Assembly: GCA_035304085.1 (NCBI GenBank)
Contig: DATGQT010000028.1
Location: 1-50,962, forward strand
From: Rubricoccaceae bacterium
Lineage (GTDB): Bacteria; Bacteroidota; Rhodothermia; Rhodothermales; Rubricoccaceae
DNA length: 50,962 bases
Direction of reading: 5' to 3'
Shown: positions 17,569-27,623 of the stretch, in pieces
Layout of the letters: every line of letters starts with the position of its first letter
Numbering within the stretch: position 1 is the stretch's first letter
The notes under the pieces: model-generated
Database searches by the model: none
The model's input: only the letters and a program-made list of their open reading frames with translations
Told to the model about the DNA's origin: nothing
Position numbers and translations under genes: made by a program

Positions 17569-20500
17569 ATGAGACACGCTCCCTGCTTCCTCCTTTCCTT
17601 ACTCGCCGTGGTGCTCACCCTCGCTCCGCTCTCTGCCGGGGCGCAGGAAGACCCACTCGGGTTCGGTTGCCCGGTTCCGGAGGACGCTGCGGGACCTGAG
17701 GCCGCCCAGCTGTTCTTCCCCGACCACGGCACCATCAATGCCCTCGTCGTCTTCGTCCAGCACAGGGACGACTACTTCGAGCACTGCTGGGACTACACGA
17801 CGGACACCGACCTCTCGACGAACAGCCCCGGCGCGAACAACCCCTGCTACGCCGGGCCCGACGTGCCTCATCTGGAGTCGTGGACCGACGACGTGGCGAC
17901 GGAGTGGTCGGCGGAGTGGAGCCGGGGCTCCGACCGCCGTCTCCCGCAGTGGGCCTCGAACGAGTGGCTCGCGGAGCCGGACAGCTCTCCGAGCAGCTAC
18001 GTCGAGGGCTCTCTTAGCCAGTACTACCACGTCAACTCCTGGGGCCGCTTCCGCCTCCACGGGTACGTCTACCCCGAGGTCTACATCCCGGAGCATGACC
18101 CGAGCTGGTACAGGACTCACCCGCACCCCTTCGAGAACGGCGGCGTCCGGCTCTCCCACGAGATCCTGAGTTCAGACTCGATCCAGGCCTACGTAGACTC
18201 GATCCCCGATGCCCACCTGGTGTTCGACCGCTACACGAACGGGACCAACGTGACCGTCGACTCCATAGGCGACGCCGCCCGCGACGGCATCTTCGACATG
18301 GTCATCCTCATCTTCAGGTTCAACAAACTGTGCGAACTGGGGGTCTATCTCGACGACAGCGGCGAGTGCATCAGTGAGTACGCGACGGCTATCACCTCGC
18401 TGGGGAGCAGTGCTGTTTATAGGTGGGAACCTGAGTTCCAACCCTGGTACGACGGGTTCTCCCCCGATCCCTTGTACCTCGGCGGCTTGCAGGTCCGCGA
18501 CAACCTCGCGAGCGGGTCAGGCGTGTGGTCCATCGGATACAATTCTCGGACGGCCACGCTCGCCAACGCGCATGAAATCGGGCACCGGCAGCTCTACTAC
18601 AAACATGCCGAGGACGACTTCTACGCCGTGATGAACGGGACGGGGAACGGCCTCACGATGTTCGCTGCCAGTGAGCGCGTCCAACTCGGATGGACCACCC
18701 TCCACACGCTCAACATCGACGAACTCCCCGACCCCATCACGCCGTTCGCCCTCGGGGACGCCTTCCAAGAAGGCGAGGTGCTCTCCATCAAACGGTCCGC
18801 CCTGTACCACTCGCTCGTTGAGGCAAGGACGCACTCGAACTTCTGGGACCGCCCGCCGGACGGCGTCAACGCCGACGGCGACCGGAACGACCAGTACATC
18901 ACCGACGAGGGGCTCCTCATCCAACGGGTGGAGCCGAACATCGGCGATTGGTCGACCAGCATGGAGAACCACGGGATGAGCGTGGAGGACACGACCGGGA
19001 CGCTGGTCCGGCCTCCGGGCGTCTACTACGGCGACACCCACTTCACGTTCTCCCCCGGCGACGCCTACACCCCGTTCTCGAAGTTCCCGTTCTTCTTCAT
19101 GCGCAACTTGCTGCTCGACCGGCGGGCTGCGATCACGGACATCACGCCCGTGGGGACCGGGTTCGGCTTCAACGTCTGGCGGGACTACCTGATTGAGGAC
19201 GCCTCCCCGAAGGTGCTCCGCACGAACTACACCTTCGAAAAGGGTCCCTCCCTGGGCTACATCGAGGACTGGGTACTCGGGGGTACGTTCCGGTTCGATG
19301 CCGGCTTCGAGTTCCTGACGCCGCCCCACTGCGGCAACTGCCGCTCGATAACCCTCCTCCCGGACGCCCGCTTTGTCGTCCCGATAGGCGTGGACGCACG
19401 GCTCAAAGGGAAGCCGGAGCAGCCGTTCCCGTTCACGGCGGGCACCGGGGCGCGCGTGATGGTCGATGGGATCTCGTCCGTCCCGGGCCTGCTCCCCGGG
19501 TCGTTCCACACTGAGCACGTGGCGTTCTCGGCCACGGACGCCGGCGGGTGGAAGGGGCTCTACTTCGGGACCGGCGCTTACGGTCGCCTCTACGACACGC
19601 GCGTGGAGGGGGTGGTGTGGCCGACAGCCCAGCTCACCAACGCCGCCGTCGCCGCCTACGGCGCCAACCTCGTCCTCGACGACGAATCCGTGATCCGGGG
19701 GGCAGAGAAGGCGCACGGCCTCCTCGCCGTCGGCGGCACTGCTACCGTGAAGGGTTCGAGCCGCATTTTCGAGAACGAGGGGTATGGCGCCGTGGCGAGC
19801 ACGGGGGCCACCGTCACCGTTGAGGGTGGCACTGAAGTCGAGCTGAACGCCGCCGGGGGCGTGGGGGGAACGGGCTACGGGACAAGCGTTGTCTTCGGTC
19901 CCTCGGAGATCTCCCTCAACGGCGGGCCAGGCGTGCACGTCACGGCCAATGCGAGCGCCTACTTCGAGTCTACCCTCGTCTCGGGCGATCAGGTCTTCGT
20001 CGAGAGAAACGCGGGTGGGGTCTCCGCCACCGGCGGCGGCTACGTGAACGCGGGGATGTGCGACGGCCCCACCATTTGCAACCACATCCCACACCAGATT
20101 ACGGAGAGTACAGTCACCGGGCCCTTCGATGCCCGCTCGGTCACCGGCTCCATGCTCTTCGCCCAGGGCGACTTCTGGGGCGACGGGATAGACGACCCCT
20201 CCGACCTCGTCCTCGTTCAGGACACCTCCAGCTACCTCTCGGTAGTGCCCATCGCCACGACGCCGGGCTCGCCGCCCCGGCTGGCGGGGAACGGGGGGCG
20301 ACGCGCCGCCGACGCGCCGACGCGCGGGTCCGGCCAGGCCGCCGTCGCCCTCATCGCCGAGGCCGAGCGGCTCCTCGCCGCCGGCGACACCACGGCGGCC
20401 GGTGCCCTCGTCGTAGACGCCCTCACGGGCGTCGCCGCCGACACCACGGCGGCGGAGGACGATCGGCGGGCCGCCTTCGAGGGGGCCGGGCGGTTCCTCG

Positions 20501-21219
20501 CCCTCACCCAGCCCGCCGCCGCCTTCGACTGGCTCGGTGCCCGCGCCGATGAGGGTGGGGCGCTCCGGCCGTGGGCGCTCCGCGGGCTCGCCGTCGCCCA
20601 CGCCTCGGCCGGGGAGGCAGCGGGGGCGGAGGACGCCGCGTCCGCGCTCGTCGACGAGGACCCTTCGGGCGAGCACGGGCTGGCCGGGCACGGCCACCTC
20701 GTCCGCCTCGCCGTGGCCGGCGAGGACGAGGCCGGGGCACTGTCGCGTCTGGAGGCAATGGCGGTCTCGTTCCCCGAAGAGGAGGCGACGGCGCAGGCGG
20801 CCTCCGTCGTAGCGGCGGCGTTCCCCGACGCCGATGTAGAAGGGGTGCTGAACGGGGCGCTCGGGCGGATGGCCGGCACGGATCCGGCGTCGGGGCCCGC
20901 GCAGGTGAGCGCCACGGCAGGCGACGCCCCGGCGTCGTTTGCCGTCTCGGCGGTGCGCCCGAACCCGGTGAGCACGGCATCGGGGCGCGTGGCGCTGGAC
21001 GTGTCGCTGTCGGTGGACGCGCGGGTGGAGGTCGTCCTCTACGATGCGCTCGGGCGCCGGCTGGGCGTCGTCCACGCTGGCGGGTTGCAGGCGGGCGAGC
21101 ACGCGCTCGCGCTGACGACGGCGGCGCTCCCTTCCGGCATCTACCTTGTCTACATCAGGGTGCGCGATGTGGGCGGTTCGTCGCATGTGGCGATGCGGCG
21201 GTTCACCGTCGCTCGGTAA
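17569..21219 (+). CDS. Secreted HEXXH zinc-metalloprotease-like protein with beta-helix repeats, an Ala-rich helical region and a T9SS C-terminal sorting domain
   Basis: Start at ATG 17569 with a signal peptide (MRHAPCFLLSLLAVVLTLAPLSAGAQ). HEIGH is encoded at 18571-18585. The N-terminal part resembles M6/InhA-like peptidases (tentative). G/T/V-rich repeats are typical of a parallel beta-helix. The C-terminus is VRPNPVS...LPSGIYLVYIRV...RRFTVAR. GC is visibly lower than in the neighbours. Confidence 0.75.
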   Translation: MRHAPCFLLSLLAVVLTLAPLSAGAQEDPLGFGCPVPEDAAGPEAAQLFFPDHGTINALVVFVQHRDDYFEHCWDYTTDTDLSTNSPGANNPCYAGPDVPHLESWTDDVATEWSAEWSRGSDRRLPQWASNEWLAEPDSSPSSYVEGSLSQYYHVNSWGRFRLHGYVYPEVYIPEHDPSWYRTHPHPFENGGVRLSHEILSSDSIQAYVDSIPDAHLVFDRYTNGTNVTVDSIGDAARDGIFDMVILIFRFNKLCELGVYLDDSGECISEYATAITSLGSSAVYRWEPEFQPWYDGFSPDPLYLGGLQVRDNLASGSGVWSIGYNSRTATLANAHEIGHRQLYYKHAEDDFYAVMNGTGNGLTMFAASERVQLGWTTLHTLNIDELPDPITPFALGDAFQEGEVLSIKRSALYHSLVEARTHSNFWDRPPDGVNADGDRNDQYITDEGLLIQRVEPNIGDWSTSMENHGMSVEDTTGTLVRPPGVYYGDTHFTFSPGDAYTPFSKFPFFFMRNLLLDRRAAITDITPVGTGFGFNVWRDYLIEDASPKVLRTNYTFEKGPSLGYIEDWVLGGTFRFDAGFEFLTPPHCGNCRSITLLPDARFVVPIGVDARLKGKPEQPFPFTAGTGARVMVDGISSVPGLLPGSFHTEHVAFSATDAGGWKGLYFGTGAYGRLYDTRVEGVVWPTAQLTNAAVAAYGANLVLDDESVIRGAEKAHGLLAVGGTATVKGSSRIFENEGYGAVASTGATVTVEGGTEVELNAAGGVGGTGYGTSVVFGPSEISLNGGPGVHVTANASAYFESTLVSGDQVFVERNAGGVSATGGGYVNAGMCDGPTICNHIPHQITESTVTGPFDARSVTGSMLFAQGDFWGDGIDDPSDLVLVQDTSSYLSVVPIATTPGSPPRLAGNGGRRAADAPTRGSGQAAVALIAEAERLLAAGDTTAAGALVVDALTGVAADTTAAEDDRRAAFEGAGRFLALTQPAAAFDWLGARADEGGALRPWALRGLAVAHASAGEAAGAEDAASALVDEDPSGEHGLAGHGHLVRLAVAGEDEAGALSRLEAMAVSFPEEEATAQAASVVAAAFPDADVEGVLNGALGRMAGTDPASGPAQVSATAGDAPASFAVSAVRPNPVSTASGRVALDVSLSVDARVEVVLYDALGRRLGVVHAGGLQAGEHALALTTAALPSGIYLVYIRVRDVGGSSHVAMRRFTVAR

Positions 21220-21224
21220 CCGCC

Positions 21225-22565
21225 ATGCGTGACCTGCTTATCGTTCTCTTCGTGCTCGCGCTGCCCGGGGGAGCAGCGCGAGCACAGGGGAAGTTGACGG
21301 GCGGGCTCCTCACGTGGGAGCGCGTCGGCGACTTCCCCGTCAAGCCTACGGCTCTCGCCTTCGATGGCGCGGGGGCATTGTATGCCGTCCATATCGTCGA
21401 TGTATACCATCTCGACCTCTCGGGCGGCTTCCCCGGCGTGTGGGAGTTCCGGAGCGAGGAAGCCGACGATGATGCGCTGCTCGGGCTCGGCCCTGACACC
21501 CTCATCGCCACGGGCGGCCATACCGAGCGCTCGACCGACGGCGGCTGGACATGGGTCGAAGTCCACGAGGACGGGAGCGATAGCTCGTTCGGGCTCCACG
21601 AAGCCGCTCCCGATACCCCCTTTGCGGGAAACCTCTTCGTCGGGAGCTTCCCCCCCGCGGCCTCAGAAGACCGGGGGGCCACATGGGAGGAGCGGGGGCA
21701 GATCCCCGGGTTCGGTGAGAGCGCTGACGTCTTCGTCACGCTCTCCTCCGGCCGCCTCGTCGCGGGCGCCCACTGGGGCGCCGCCTACTCCGATGACGCG
21801 GGGTGGACGTGGCAGACCTCCTCGCTGTGGGAGTTCGGCCGATTTCTGTGCGACATCATCACGCGGGTCGAATCGCCGGACGGGGGAGAGCGTGTGCTCG
21901 TAAGGGGTGTGGACGCGCTGCTCCCCCACGCCCGCGTGTGGTACAGCGATGACGGCGGGGAGACGTGGCTGCCGGAGGAAGGCGTCCCACTCCCGGATGC
22001 CGACAACGGTGTAGGCCGAGGGCATGCAGCGGGGCTCTGGGCGCTCGGTGGGGCGCGGGCGCTGGCCGTCCTCGGGCGGGGCGTGGTCTACGCGACCGAG
22101 GATGGGGGTGAGACGTGGTCGGAGGTGGGGCAGCTCCCCGACGTCGATGAGAACACCTACGCGCACACCTCGGTGCTTGGCCTCGACGGTCGGCTCTACG
22201 TCGGCCTCGTCCGAATCGGCAGCCAGCCGGGGAACAGCTGGGTATACCGGACGGAGCAGCGGGTGGCGCCGCCCGTCGCCGCCGAGCCGGGGCTGGAGCC
22301 GCAGGAAGGGCTGGGGCTGGAAGTGCGGCCGAACCCGTCCTCCGGCGAGGTCGTCGTCGAGGTCACGCTGGCCGCGCCGAGCGCCGTCCGTCTCACCGTC
22401 CACGACGCGCTCGGGCGGGAGGTCGCCGTCGTCCACAACGGCCAGCTCCCTGCGGGCGCCCGCACGTTCGCCTTCGACGGCGCTGCGCTCCCCTCCGGCG
22501 TCTACGTCGTGCAGATGGAGGCGAAGGGGGCCTCGGTGAGCCGCCGCTTCACGCTCGTGCGCTGA
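21225..22565 (+). CDS. BNR/Asp-box beta-propeller protein with a T9SS C-terminal sorting domain
   Basis: Start at ATG 21225, 5 nt after the previous stop, with a signal peptide. There are five S/T-x-D-x-G-x-T-W boxes (STDGGWTW, SEDRGATW, SDDAGWTW, SDDGGETW, TEDGGETW). The C-terminus is VRPNPSSGEVVV...LPSGVYVVQM...RRFTLVR. Confidence 0.8.
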   Translation: MRDLLIVLFVLALPGGAARAQGKLTGGLLTWERVGDFPVKPTALAFDGAGALYAVHIVDVYHLDLSGGFPGVWEFRSEEADDDALLGLGPDTLIATGGHTERSTDGGWTWVEVHEDGSDSSFGLHEAAPDTPFAGNLFVGSFPPAASEDRGATWEERGQIPGFGESADVFVTLSSGRLVAGAHWGAAYSDDAGWTWQTSSLWEFGRFLCDIITRVESPDGGERVLVRGVDALLPHARVWYSDDGGETWLPEEGVPLPDADNGVGRGHAAGLWALGGARALAVLGRGVVYATEDGGETWSEVGQLPDVDENTYAHTSVLGLDGRLYVGLVRIGSQPGNSWVYRTEQRVAPPVAAEPGLEPQEGLGLEVRPNPSSGEVVVEVTLAAPSAVRLTVHDALGREVAVVHNGQLPAGARTFAFDGAALPSGVYVVQMEAKGASVSRRFTLVR

Positions 22566-22588
22566 GCGCACGAAGGGGAAAAACGAAA

Positions 22589-22611
22589 GGCGCGGAGACG
22601 GCCTCCGCGCC
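22589..22611. terminator. Bidirectional hairpin between convergent genes
   Basis: GGCGCGGAG-ACGGC-CTCCGCGCC, flanked by an A-rich 5' side (AAAACGAAA) and CTTC. Confidence 0.55.
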
Positions 22612-22636
22612 CTTCAGAGGAGTGCACGCGCTCCGG

Positions 22637-24415
22637 TCAGCGGCCGGAGCCGAGCGCGCTCGTGTCGAACGCGGCGAGGGCCACCTCGTGCGCGAACGTC
22701 TCCCCGGTGACCTGGAGCGTGTACGTGTCCGAGGGGAGCCCCTCGCCGAAGACCTCGAACGCCTCGGCCGTCCCGGCGTCGAGCGTCCCGTCGAAGACGG
22801 TCTTGACGCGGCGGCCGTCGCCGTCGACGACGTCGAGGCGGATCTGCTGCCCCTCGGCCACGGTCACGGCCACGCGGAGCGTGCCGCCGCGCTCACCCGG
22901 GTAGGGCTGCGAGACGCGGAAGTTCTCGGGCGCGGCGACGACGGCCTCGGCGGCGGCGCTCACCTGGATCCGCCCGTCGGCGCCCAGCTGGACGAGGCGG
23001 AAGGCGTGGCGGCCGGGGCTGAGCCCCTCGACGTGGTACTCCGGCGCGGCCGTGGCCGGGAGCGTGGCTACGGTGAGGAAGGGGCCGCCCTCGTGGCTGC
23101 GCTGGAGGGTGAGGGGCTCGCCGGAGTTCCGCTCCACCACCCACGTCACGTCCGCCGCCCCCTCCTCGACGGTGACGTCGAAGCGGGAGAGGTTGAGCGA
23201 CGTCGTGGCCGTGGGGCGGACGACGAACAGCCCGCCCTCGATCCCGCTGACGACGATGGACCCGCTCGCGAAGTAGGGGTAGACGCTCCACGCGCCGTTG
23301 AACTGGGCGTCGTCGGTCTCGGGGTAGATGTCGAAGAAGGCGACCTGCCGGATCTGGCCGGCCTCGATCCCGCTGATGTCGAGGACGCGGAGGCCGGAGG
23401 CGTAGTTGGCCTGGTAGACGCGGTCGCCGAGGACGTAGAGGTTGTGGTCGGCGCTGCCGACGGGGGCCTCGAAGATCGTGAGGAGCTCGGGGCTGTCGAG
23501 GTCCTCGAGGTCGAAGGCCATCGTGCGCGTGCGCTCGGAGAACCCCTGGATCTCGTCGAGCTCGTCGTCGGCGAGGAAGTAGCGGTGGTCCTCGGTGAAC
23601 CACCCCTGGTGGGTGTACCCCGGCGTGGGGTAGGTGCCCTGGGCGATCTGGACGGGGTTCGCCTTGTCCGTCACGTCCACGATGGTGATGGTGTCCTCGT
23701 TGGAGCCGACGCAGATCTCGCGGCCCTGGTAGTCGGGGTCGGGGCCGCGGTAGATCACGCACTGGGCGTCGTGCGAGTAGCCGTCCTCGTCGAAGCACCC
23801 GGCGAACTGGGGGTTCAGCGGCTCCCGGATGTCGATCATGTAGAGGCCGCCGGCGCACTCCTGCGCGCCGATGGGGTAGGCGAACCCGGACTCCTCGTTG
23901 ATGGCGATGTTGTGGGCGCTGCCGAGGGGGGTCTCGTCGGGGCCGGTGTACGTGACGTCGGCCTCGAACGTGCGGGCGGGGTCGTGGTCGAGGCCGCGGA
24001 GGCGGGTGAGGTCGAACACCTGCATCCCGTGGGCCGGCGCCTCGCTGACGACGAAGGCGTGGTCGCGGTAGACCTTGATGTCGCGCCAGATCGAGGGCTC
24101 GGTGGCGGTGGGGAGCTTCCCGAGGTTGATCGGGTGGGCGGGGTCGGTGACGTCGACGAACCCGGTGCCGTCGTTGAGCCCGACGAGGGCGTACTCGCGG
24201 CCGGTCTCGGGGTCGGTCCACCCCCAGATGTCGTTGCCGGAGCCGGAGCCGAAGTCCTCGAGCGAGACGTGGCTGATGAGGTCCATGCCGTCGCAGGCGT
24301 ACGCGCCGGCGTGGCCGTCGGTGCAGGGGAGGGGCTGGGCCGAGGCGGCGCTGGCGAGGCCGAGGGCCAGCACGGCGGCGCCGAGGGCCAGCCCGGAGGC
24401 GGGGCGTGTGGTCAT
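22637..24415 (-). CDS. Choice-of-anchor-B / LVIVD-like beta-propeller protein, paralog A (extra Ig-like domain plus a T9SS-CTD-like end)
   Basis: Start at ATG 24415 with a signal peptide. Family hallmarks are PCTDGHAGAYACDGMDL, NDIWGWTDPETGREYALVG and WRDIKVY. It also has SAHN, YSHDAQC, YTHQGWFTED and DHNLY. The family name comes from memory of the motif pattern. Confidence 0.75.
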   Translation of the reverse strand: MTTRPASGLALGAAVLALGLASAASAQPLPCTDGHAGAYACDGMDLISHVSLEDFGSGSGNDIWGWTDPETGREYALVGLNDGTGFVDVTDPAHPINLGKLPTATEPSIWRDIKVYRDHAFVVSEAPAHGMQVFDLTRLRGLDHDPARTFEADVTYTGPDETPLGSAHNIAINEESGFAYPIGAQECAGGLYMIDIREPLNPQFAGCFDEDGYSHDAQCVIYRGPDPDYQGREICVGSNEDTITIVDVTDKANPVQIAQGTYPTPGYTHQGWFTEDHRYFLADDELDEIQGFSERTRTMAFDLEDLDSPELLTIFEAPVGSADHNLYVLGDRVYQANYASGLRVLDISGIEAGQIRQVAFFDIYPETDDAQFNGAWSVYPYFASGSIVVSGIEGGLFVVRPTATTSLNLSRFDVTVEEGAADVTWVVERNSGEPLTLQRSHEGGPFLTVATLPATAAPEYHVEGLSPGRHAFRLVQLGADGRIQVSAAAEAVVAAPENFRVSQPYPGERGGTLRVAVTVAEGQQIRLDVVDGDGRRVKTVFDGTLDAGTAEAFEVFGEGLPSDTYTLQVTGETFAHEVALAAFDTSALGSGR

Positions 24416-24566
24416 GGTATGACGGACGAGTAGGGCCGCGGTGGGGGCCGGGTGGAGGGGGCGGCGAGCGCCGGGGCCGATCCAACGGCCGGGCCGGCGC
24501 CGCTGTTGCGTGGTCCTGGCGAGAGAGCCCGCGTGCGGACCCCGGCCAGCGACGTTCGAGCGGCGG

Positions 24567-26072
24567 CTAGTGTACGAGCGAGAGGCGGCGGGTTGCGGTG
24601 AAGTCCGGGCCCGTGACGCGGACGAGGTAGAGCCCGGCGGGGAGGTCGGCCCCGTCCACCGCCAGCACCAGCGGCGCCGACGGCGCGGCCGGCCCCTCGT
24701 AGAGGAGGGCGACGCGGCGGCCACGGAGGTCGAGCACCTCGGCGACGACCTCGACCGGCTCCGGCACCGTGAGCGTGAGCGTGCTCCGGCCGTCGGCCGG
24801 GTTCGGCACCGGCGCGCTGAGGACGGTGTGGGCCTGCGGGGCCGACGGCTCGGCGGCCGAGGGGAGGAGGTCCGTCTGTAGCACGAACAGCCCGTTGTCG
24901 CGGTCGTTGGCGATGATGGTCCCGCTCGCGAAGAACGGGTAGTTGCTCCACTGCCCGTCGTACGACTCCCCGTTGCCCTGGGGGTACGTGTCGAAGCTGC
25001 CCACCTCGACGAGCGTGCCGTCGTCGATGCCGGAGAGGTCGAGGATGCGGAGGCCGCCCTCGTAGTTCGAGAGGAAGGCGTGGTTGCCGCGGATGTAGAG
25101 GTTGTGGTCGGTGGTCTCGATGGGACCGAAGTAAGTGAATGCGAACTCGGGGTTGTCGAGGTCCTCCACGTTGAAGATGAGCGTCCGCGTCGTCGGGGAG
25201 ACGGAGTCGTCGAGCTCGTCGTCGACGAGGAAGTAGCGGAAGTCCTCGGTGAACCAGCCCTGGTGGGTGTACCAGGGCTCCGGGTAGAACCCCCGGCTGA
25301 TGGGCTCGGGGTTCGCCTTGTCCTCCACGTCCACGATCACGATGTGGTTCTCGTTCGAGCCGACGCAGATCTCCTTCCCCTGGTGGTCGGGGTCCGGCCC
25401 GGCGTAGGTGACGCACTGGGCGTCGTGGGAGTACCCGTCGTCCGGGTAGCAGCCGGCTTCGACGGGGTTCAGCGGGTCCCGGACGTCCACGATGTAGAGG
25501 CCGCCCGAGCACTGGAACGAGCCGACGACGTAGGCGAACCCACTCTCGGTGTCGATGGCGACGTTGTGGGCGCTGCCGAACCCGGTGAACCGGGCGTCGT
25601 GGGTGAACGTGACCGGCGGGCTCGCCACGTCGCGGAGCCGCGTGAGGTCGAAGACCTGGAGGCCGTGGCTGCCGGCGTTGTCGGCGACGACGAAGGCGTG
25701 GTCGGCGTAGACCTTGATGTCGCGCCAGGTGGAGGCGTCGGTGGCGGTGGGGAGCTTGCCGAGGTAGACCGGCGCCGTGGGCTCGGTCACGTCCACGAAC
25801 GCGGTGCCGTTGGTGAGGCCGACGAGGGCGTATTCCCGCCCGGTCTGGGGATCGGTCCACCCCCAGATGTCGTTGCCGCGGGAGGGGACGACGGGGCCGA
25901 AGGTCGAGAGCGGGAGGTTGGCCAGGAGGTCCACGCCCTCGCACGGGTAGTTGCCCGCGAAGCCCCCCTCGCAGGGGGTCTGTGCCCGCGCGGGGACGGC
26001 GGTGAAGACGCAGAGGGCGAGCGCCGCGAGGAAGGCGGCGCCGCTGAAGGCCGGGAGAGGGCGGGAGGGCAT
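24567..26072 (-). CDS. Choice-of-anchor-B / LVIVD-like beta-propeller protein, paralog B, with a T9SS CTD
   Basis: Start at ATG 26072 with a signal peptide. It has the same motif set as paralog A. The C-terminus is PVPNPADGRSTLTL...LPAGLYLVRV...RRLSLVH. Confidence 0.78.
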   Translation of the reverse strand: MPSRPLPAFSGAAFLAALALCVFTAVPARAQTPCEGGFAGNYPCEGVDLLANLPLSTFGPVVPSRGNDIWGWTDPQTGREYALVGLTNGTAFVDVTEPTAPVYLGKLPTATDASTWRDIKVYADHAFVVADNAGSHGLQVFDLTRLRDVASPPVTFTHDARFTGFGSAHNVAIDTESGFAYVVGSFQCSGGLYIVDVRDPLNPVEAGCYPDDGYSHDAQCVTYAGPDPDHQGKEICVGSNENHIVIVDVEDKANPEPISRGFYPEPWYTHQGWFTEDFRYFLVDDELDDSVSPTTRTLIFNVEDLDNPEFAFTYFGPIETTDHNLYIRGNHAFLSNYEGGLRILDLSGIDDGTLVEVGSFDTYPQGNGESYDGQWSNYPFFASGTIIANDRDNGLFVLQTDLLPSAAEPSAPQAHTVLSAPVPNPADGRSTLTLTVPEPVEVVAEVLDLRGRRVALLYEGPAAPSAPLVLAVDGADLPAGLYLVRVTGPDFTATRRLSLVH

Positions 26073-26089
26073 CGGAGCCGAGGGCGGGG

Positions 26090-27613
26090 TCAGTGGACGA
26101 GGGCGGCGCGGCGGGTGGCGGTGAAGTCCTCGCCGACGACGCGGACGAGGTAGAGGCCGGCTGGGAGCGCCGTCGCATCGAGGATCAGAGTTAGGGGGGC
26201 GCCGGCGGCGACGGGGCCGTCGTGGAGGACGGCGACGCGGCGGCCGGCCACGTCGAGCACCTCGGCCGTGACCGCCTGCGTCCGCGCGACCGAGAGCCGG
26301 AGGGTGATCCTCGAACGGAACGGGTTGGGCACCGGGGCGCTCAGGGCGAAGCCGGCGTCGCCGGGCGCCTCCGGCTCCGCCGCCGTCGTCGGCAGGTTCG
26401 GCCGCAGGACGAACAGGCCGTAGTCCGTGTCGTTGGCGACGACGGTGCCGCTCGGGAAGAACGGGTAGTTGCTCCACTGCCCCATCGTCCCGCTCGCGTC
26501 GGTGTCCCAGTACGTGTCGAAGTAGGCGACCTCGGTGACGAGGTCGTCGTCGATGCCGGAGAGGTCGAGGATGCGGAGGCCGGTGGTGTAGTTGGAGAGG
26601 TAGGCGTAGTGGCCGCGGATGTAGAGGTTGTGGTCCGACGACGGGAGCTCGCTGAAGTAGAAGAAGTCGAACTCGGGGTCGTCGAGGTCGGTGAGGTCGA
26701 AGACGATGGTGCGGGTGTTCGACGTGAGCCCGGTGATCTCGTCGAGCTCGTCGTCGACGAGGAAGTAGCGCTGGTCCTCGGTGAACCACCCCTGGTGGGT
26801 GTAGGCGGGATTCGGGTAGAACCCCCGGCTGATGAGGACGGGGTTCGCCTTGTCCGTCACGTCGGTGAGGGTGAGGGTGTCCTCGTTCGAGGAGACGCAG
26901 ACCTGTCGGCCCTGGTAGTCGGGGTCGGGGCCGCGGTAGACCACGCACTGCGTGTCGTGGGTGTAGCCGTCCTCACCGAAGCAGCCGGCCTGCGTGGGGT
27001 TCAGCGGGTCCCGGATGTCCACGATGTAGAGCCCGCCCTCGCATTCGCCGGAGCCGACGGCGTAGGCGAACCCGCTCTCGGTATCGATGGCGATGTTGTG
27101 GGCGCTGCCGAGGGGGGCGTCGTCGGGGCCGGTGAAGTGGGCGTCGGCCTCGAACGTGACCGGCGGGCTCGCCACATCGAGGAGCCGCGTGAGGTCGAAC
27201 ACCTGCATCCCGTGCTCGGAGGCCTCGCTGACGACGAAGGCGTAGTGACCGTACGTCTTGATGTCGCGCCAGAACGAGGACTCGGTGGCGGTGGGGAGCT
27301 TCCCGAGGTAGACGGGGTTCACGGGGTCGGTGACCTCGACGAAGGCGGTGCCGTCGAGGAGGCCGACGAGGGCGAACTCCCGCCCGCTGTCGGGGTCGGT
27401 CCAGCCCCAGATGTCGTTGCCGTAGAACGTGCCGAACGTGCCGTGCGGGAGGTGCGCGTAGAGGTCCACGCTCCCACAGGGGAAGTTGTTGAAGGATGTG
27501 CCGGGGTTGCCGTCCTCGTCGGCGACGCCGCTCTGGCAGGTGACGAGGCCCTGGGCGCGGGGAGTCGCAGCGAGGGCGAGGAGGGCGAACACAACGGCGA
27601 AGGCGGCGCGCAT
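26090..27613 (-). CDS. Choice-of-anchor-B / LVIVD-like beta-propeller protein, paralog C, with a T9SS CTD
   Basis: Start at ATG 27613 with a signal peptide. The N-terminus is CQSGVADEDGNPGTSFNNFPCGSVDL. The C-terminus is PVPNPFRSRITLRL...LPAGLYLVRV...RRAALVH. It lies 17 nt from paralog B. Confidence 0.78.
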   Translation of the reverse strand: MRAAFAVVFALLALAATPRAQGLVTCQSGVADEDGNPGTSFNNFPCGSVDLYAHLPHGTFGTFYGNDIWGWTDPDSGREFALVGLLDGTAFVEVTDPVNPVYLGKLPTATESSFWRDIKTYGHYAFVVSEASEHGMQVFDLTRLLDVASPPVTFEADAHFTGPDDAPLGSAHNIAIDTESGFAYAVGSGECEGGLYIVDIRDPLNPTQAGCFGEDGYTHDTQCVVYRGPDPDYQGRQVCVSSNEDTLTLTDVTDKANPVLISRGFYPNPAYTHQGWFTEDQRYFLVDDELDEITGLTSNTRTIVFDLTDLDDPEFDFFYFSELPSSDHNLYIRGHYAYLSNYTTGLRILDLSGIDDDLVTEVAYFDTYWDTDASGTMGQWSNYPFFPSGTVVANDTDYGLFVLRPNLPTTAAEPEAPGDAGFALSAPVPNPFRSRITLRLSVARTQAVTAEVLDVAGRRVAVLHDGPVAAGAPLTLILDATALPAGLYLVRVVGEDFTATRRAALVH

Positions 27614-27623
27614 GGCGGGGCGA

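Noticed and set aside
17431-22565. Genomic island or mobile element call for the lower-GC segment.
   Set aside because: No integrase, transposase, tRNA target, direct repeats or phage genes are visible. Only compositional deviation supports it, so it is reported as a finding rather than annotated as a mobile element.
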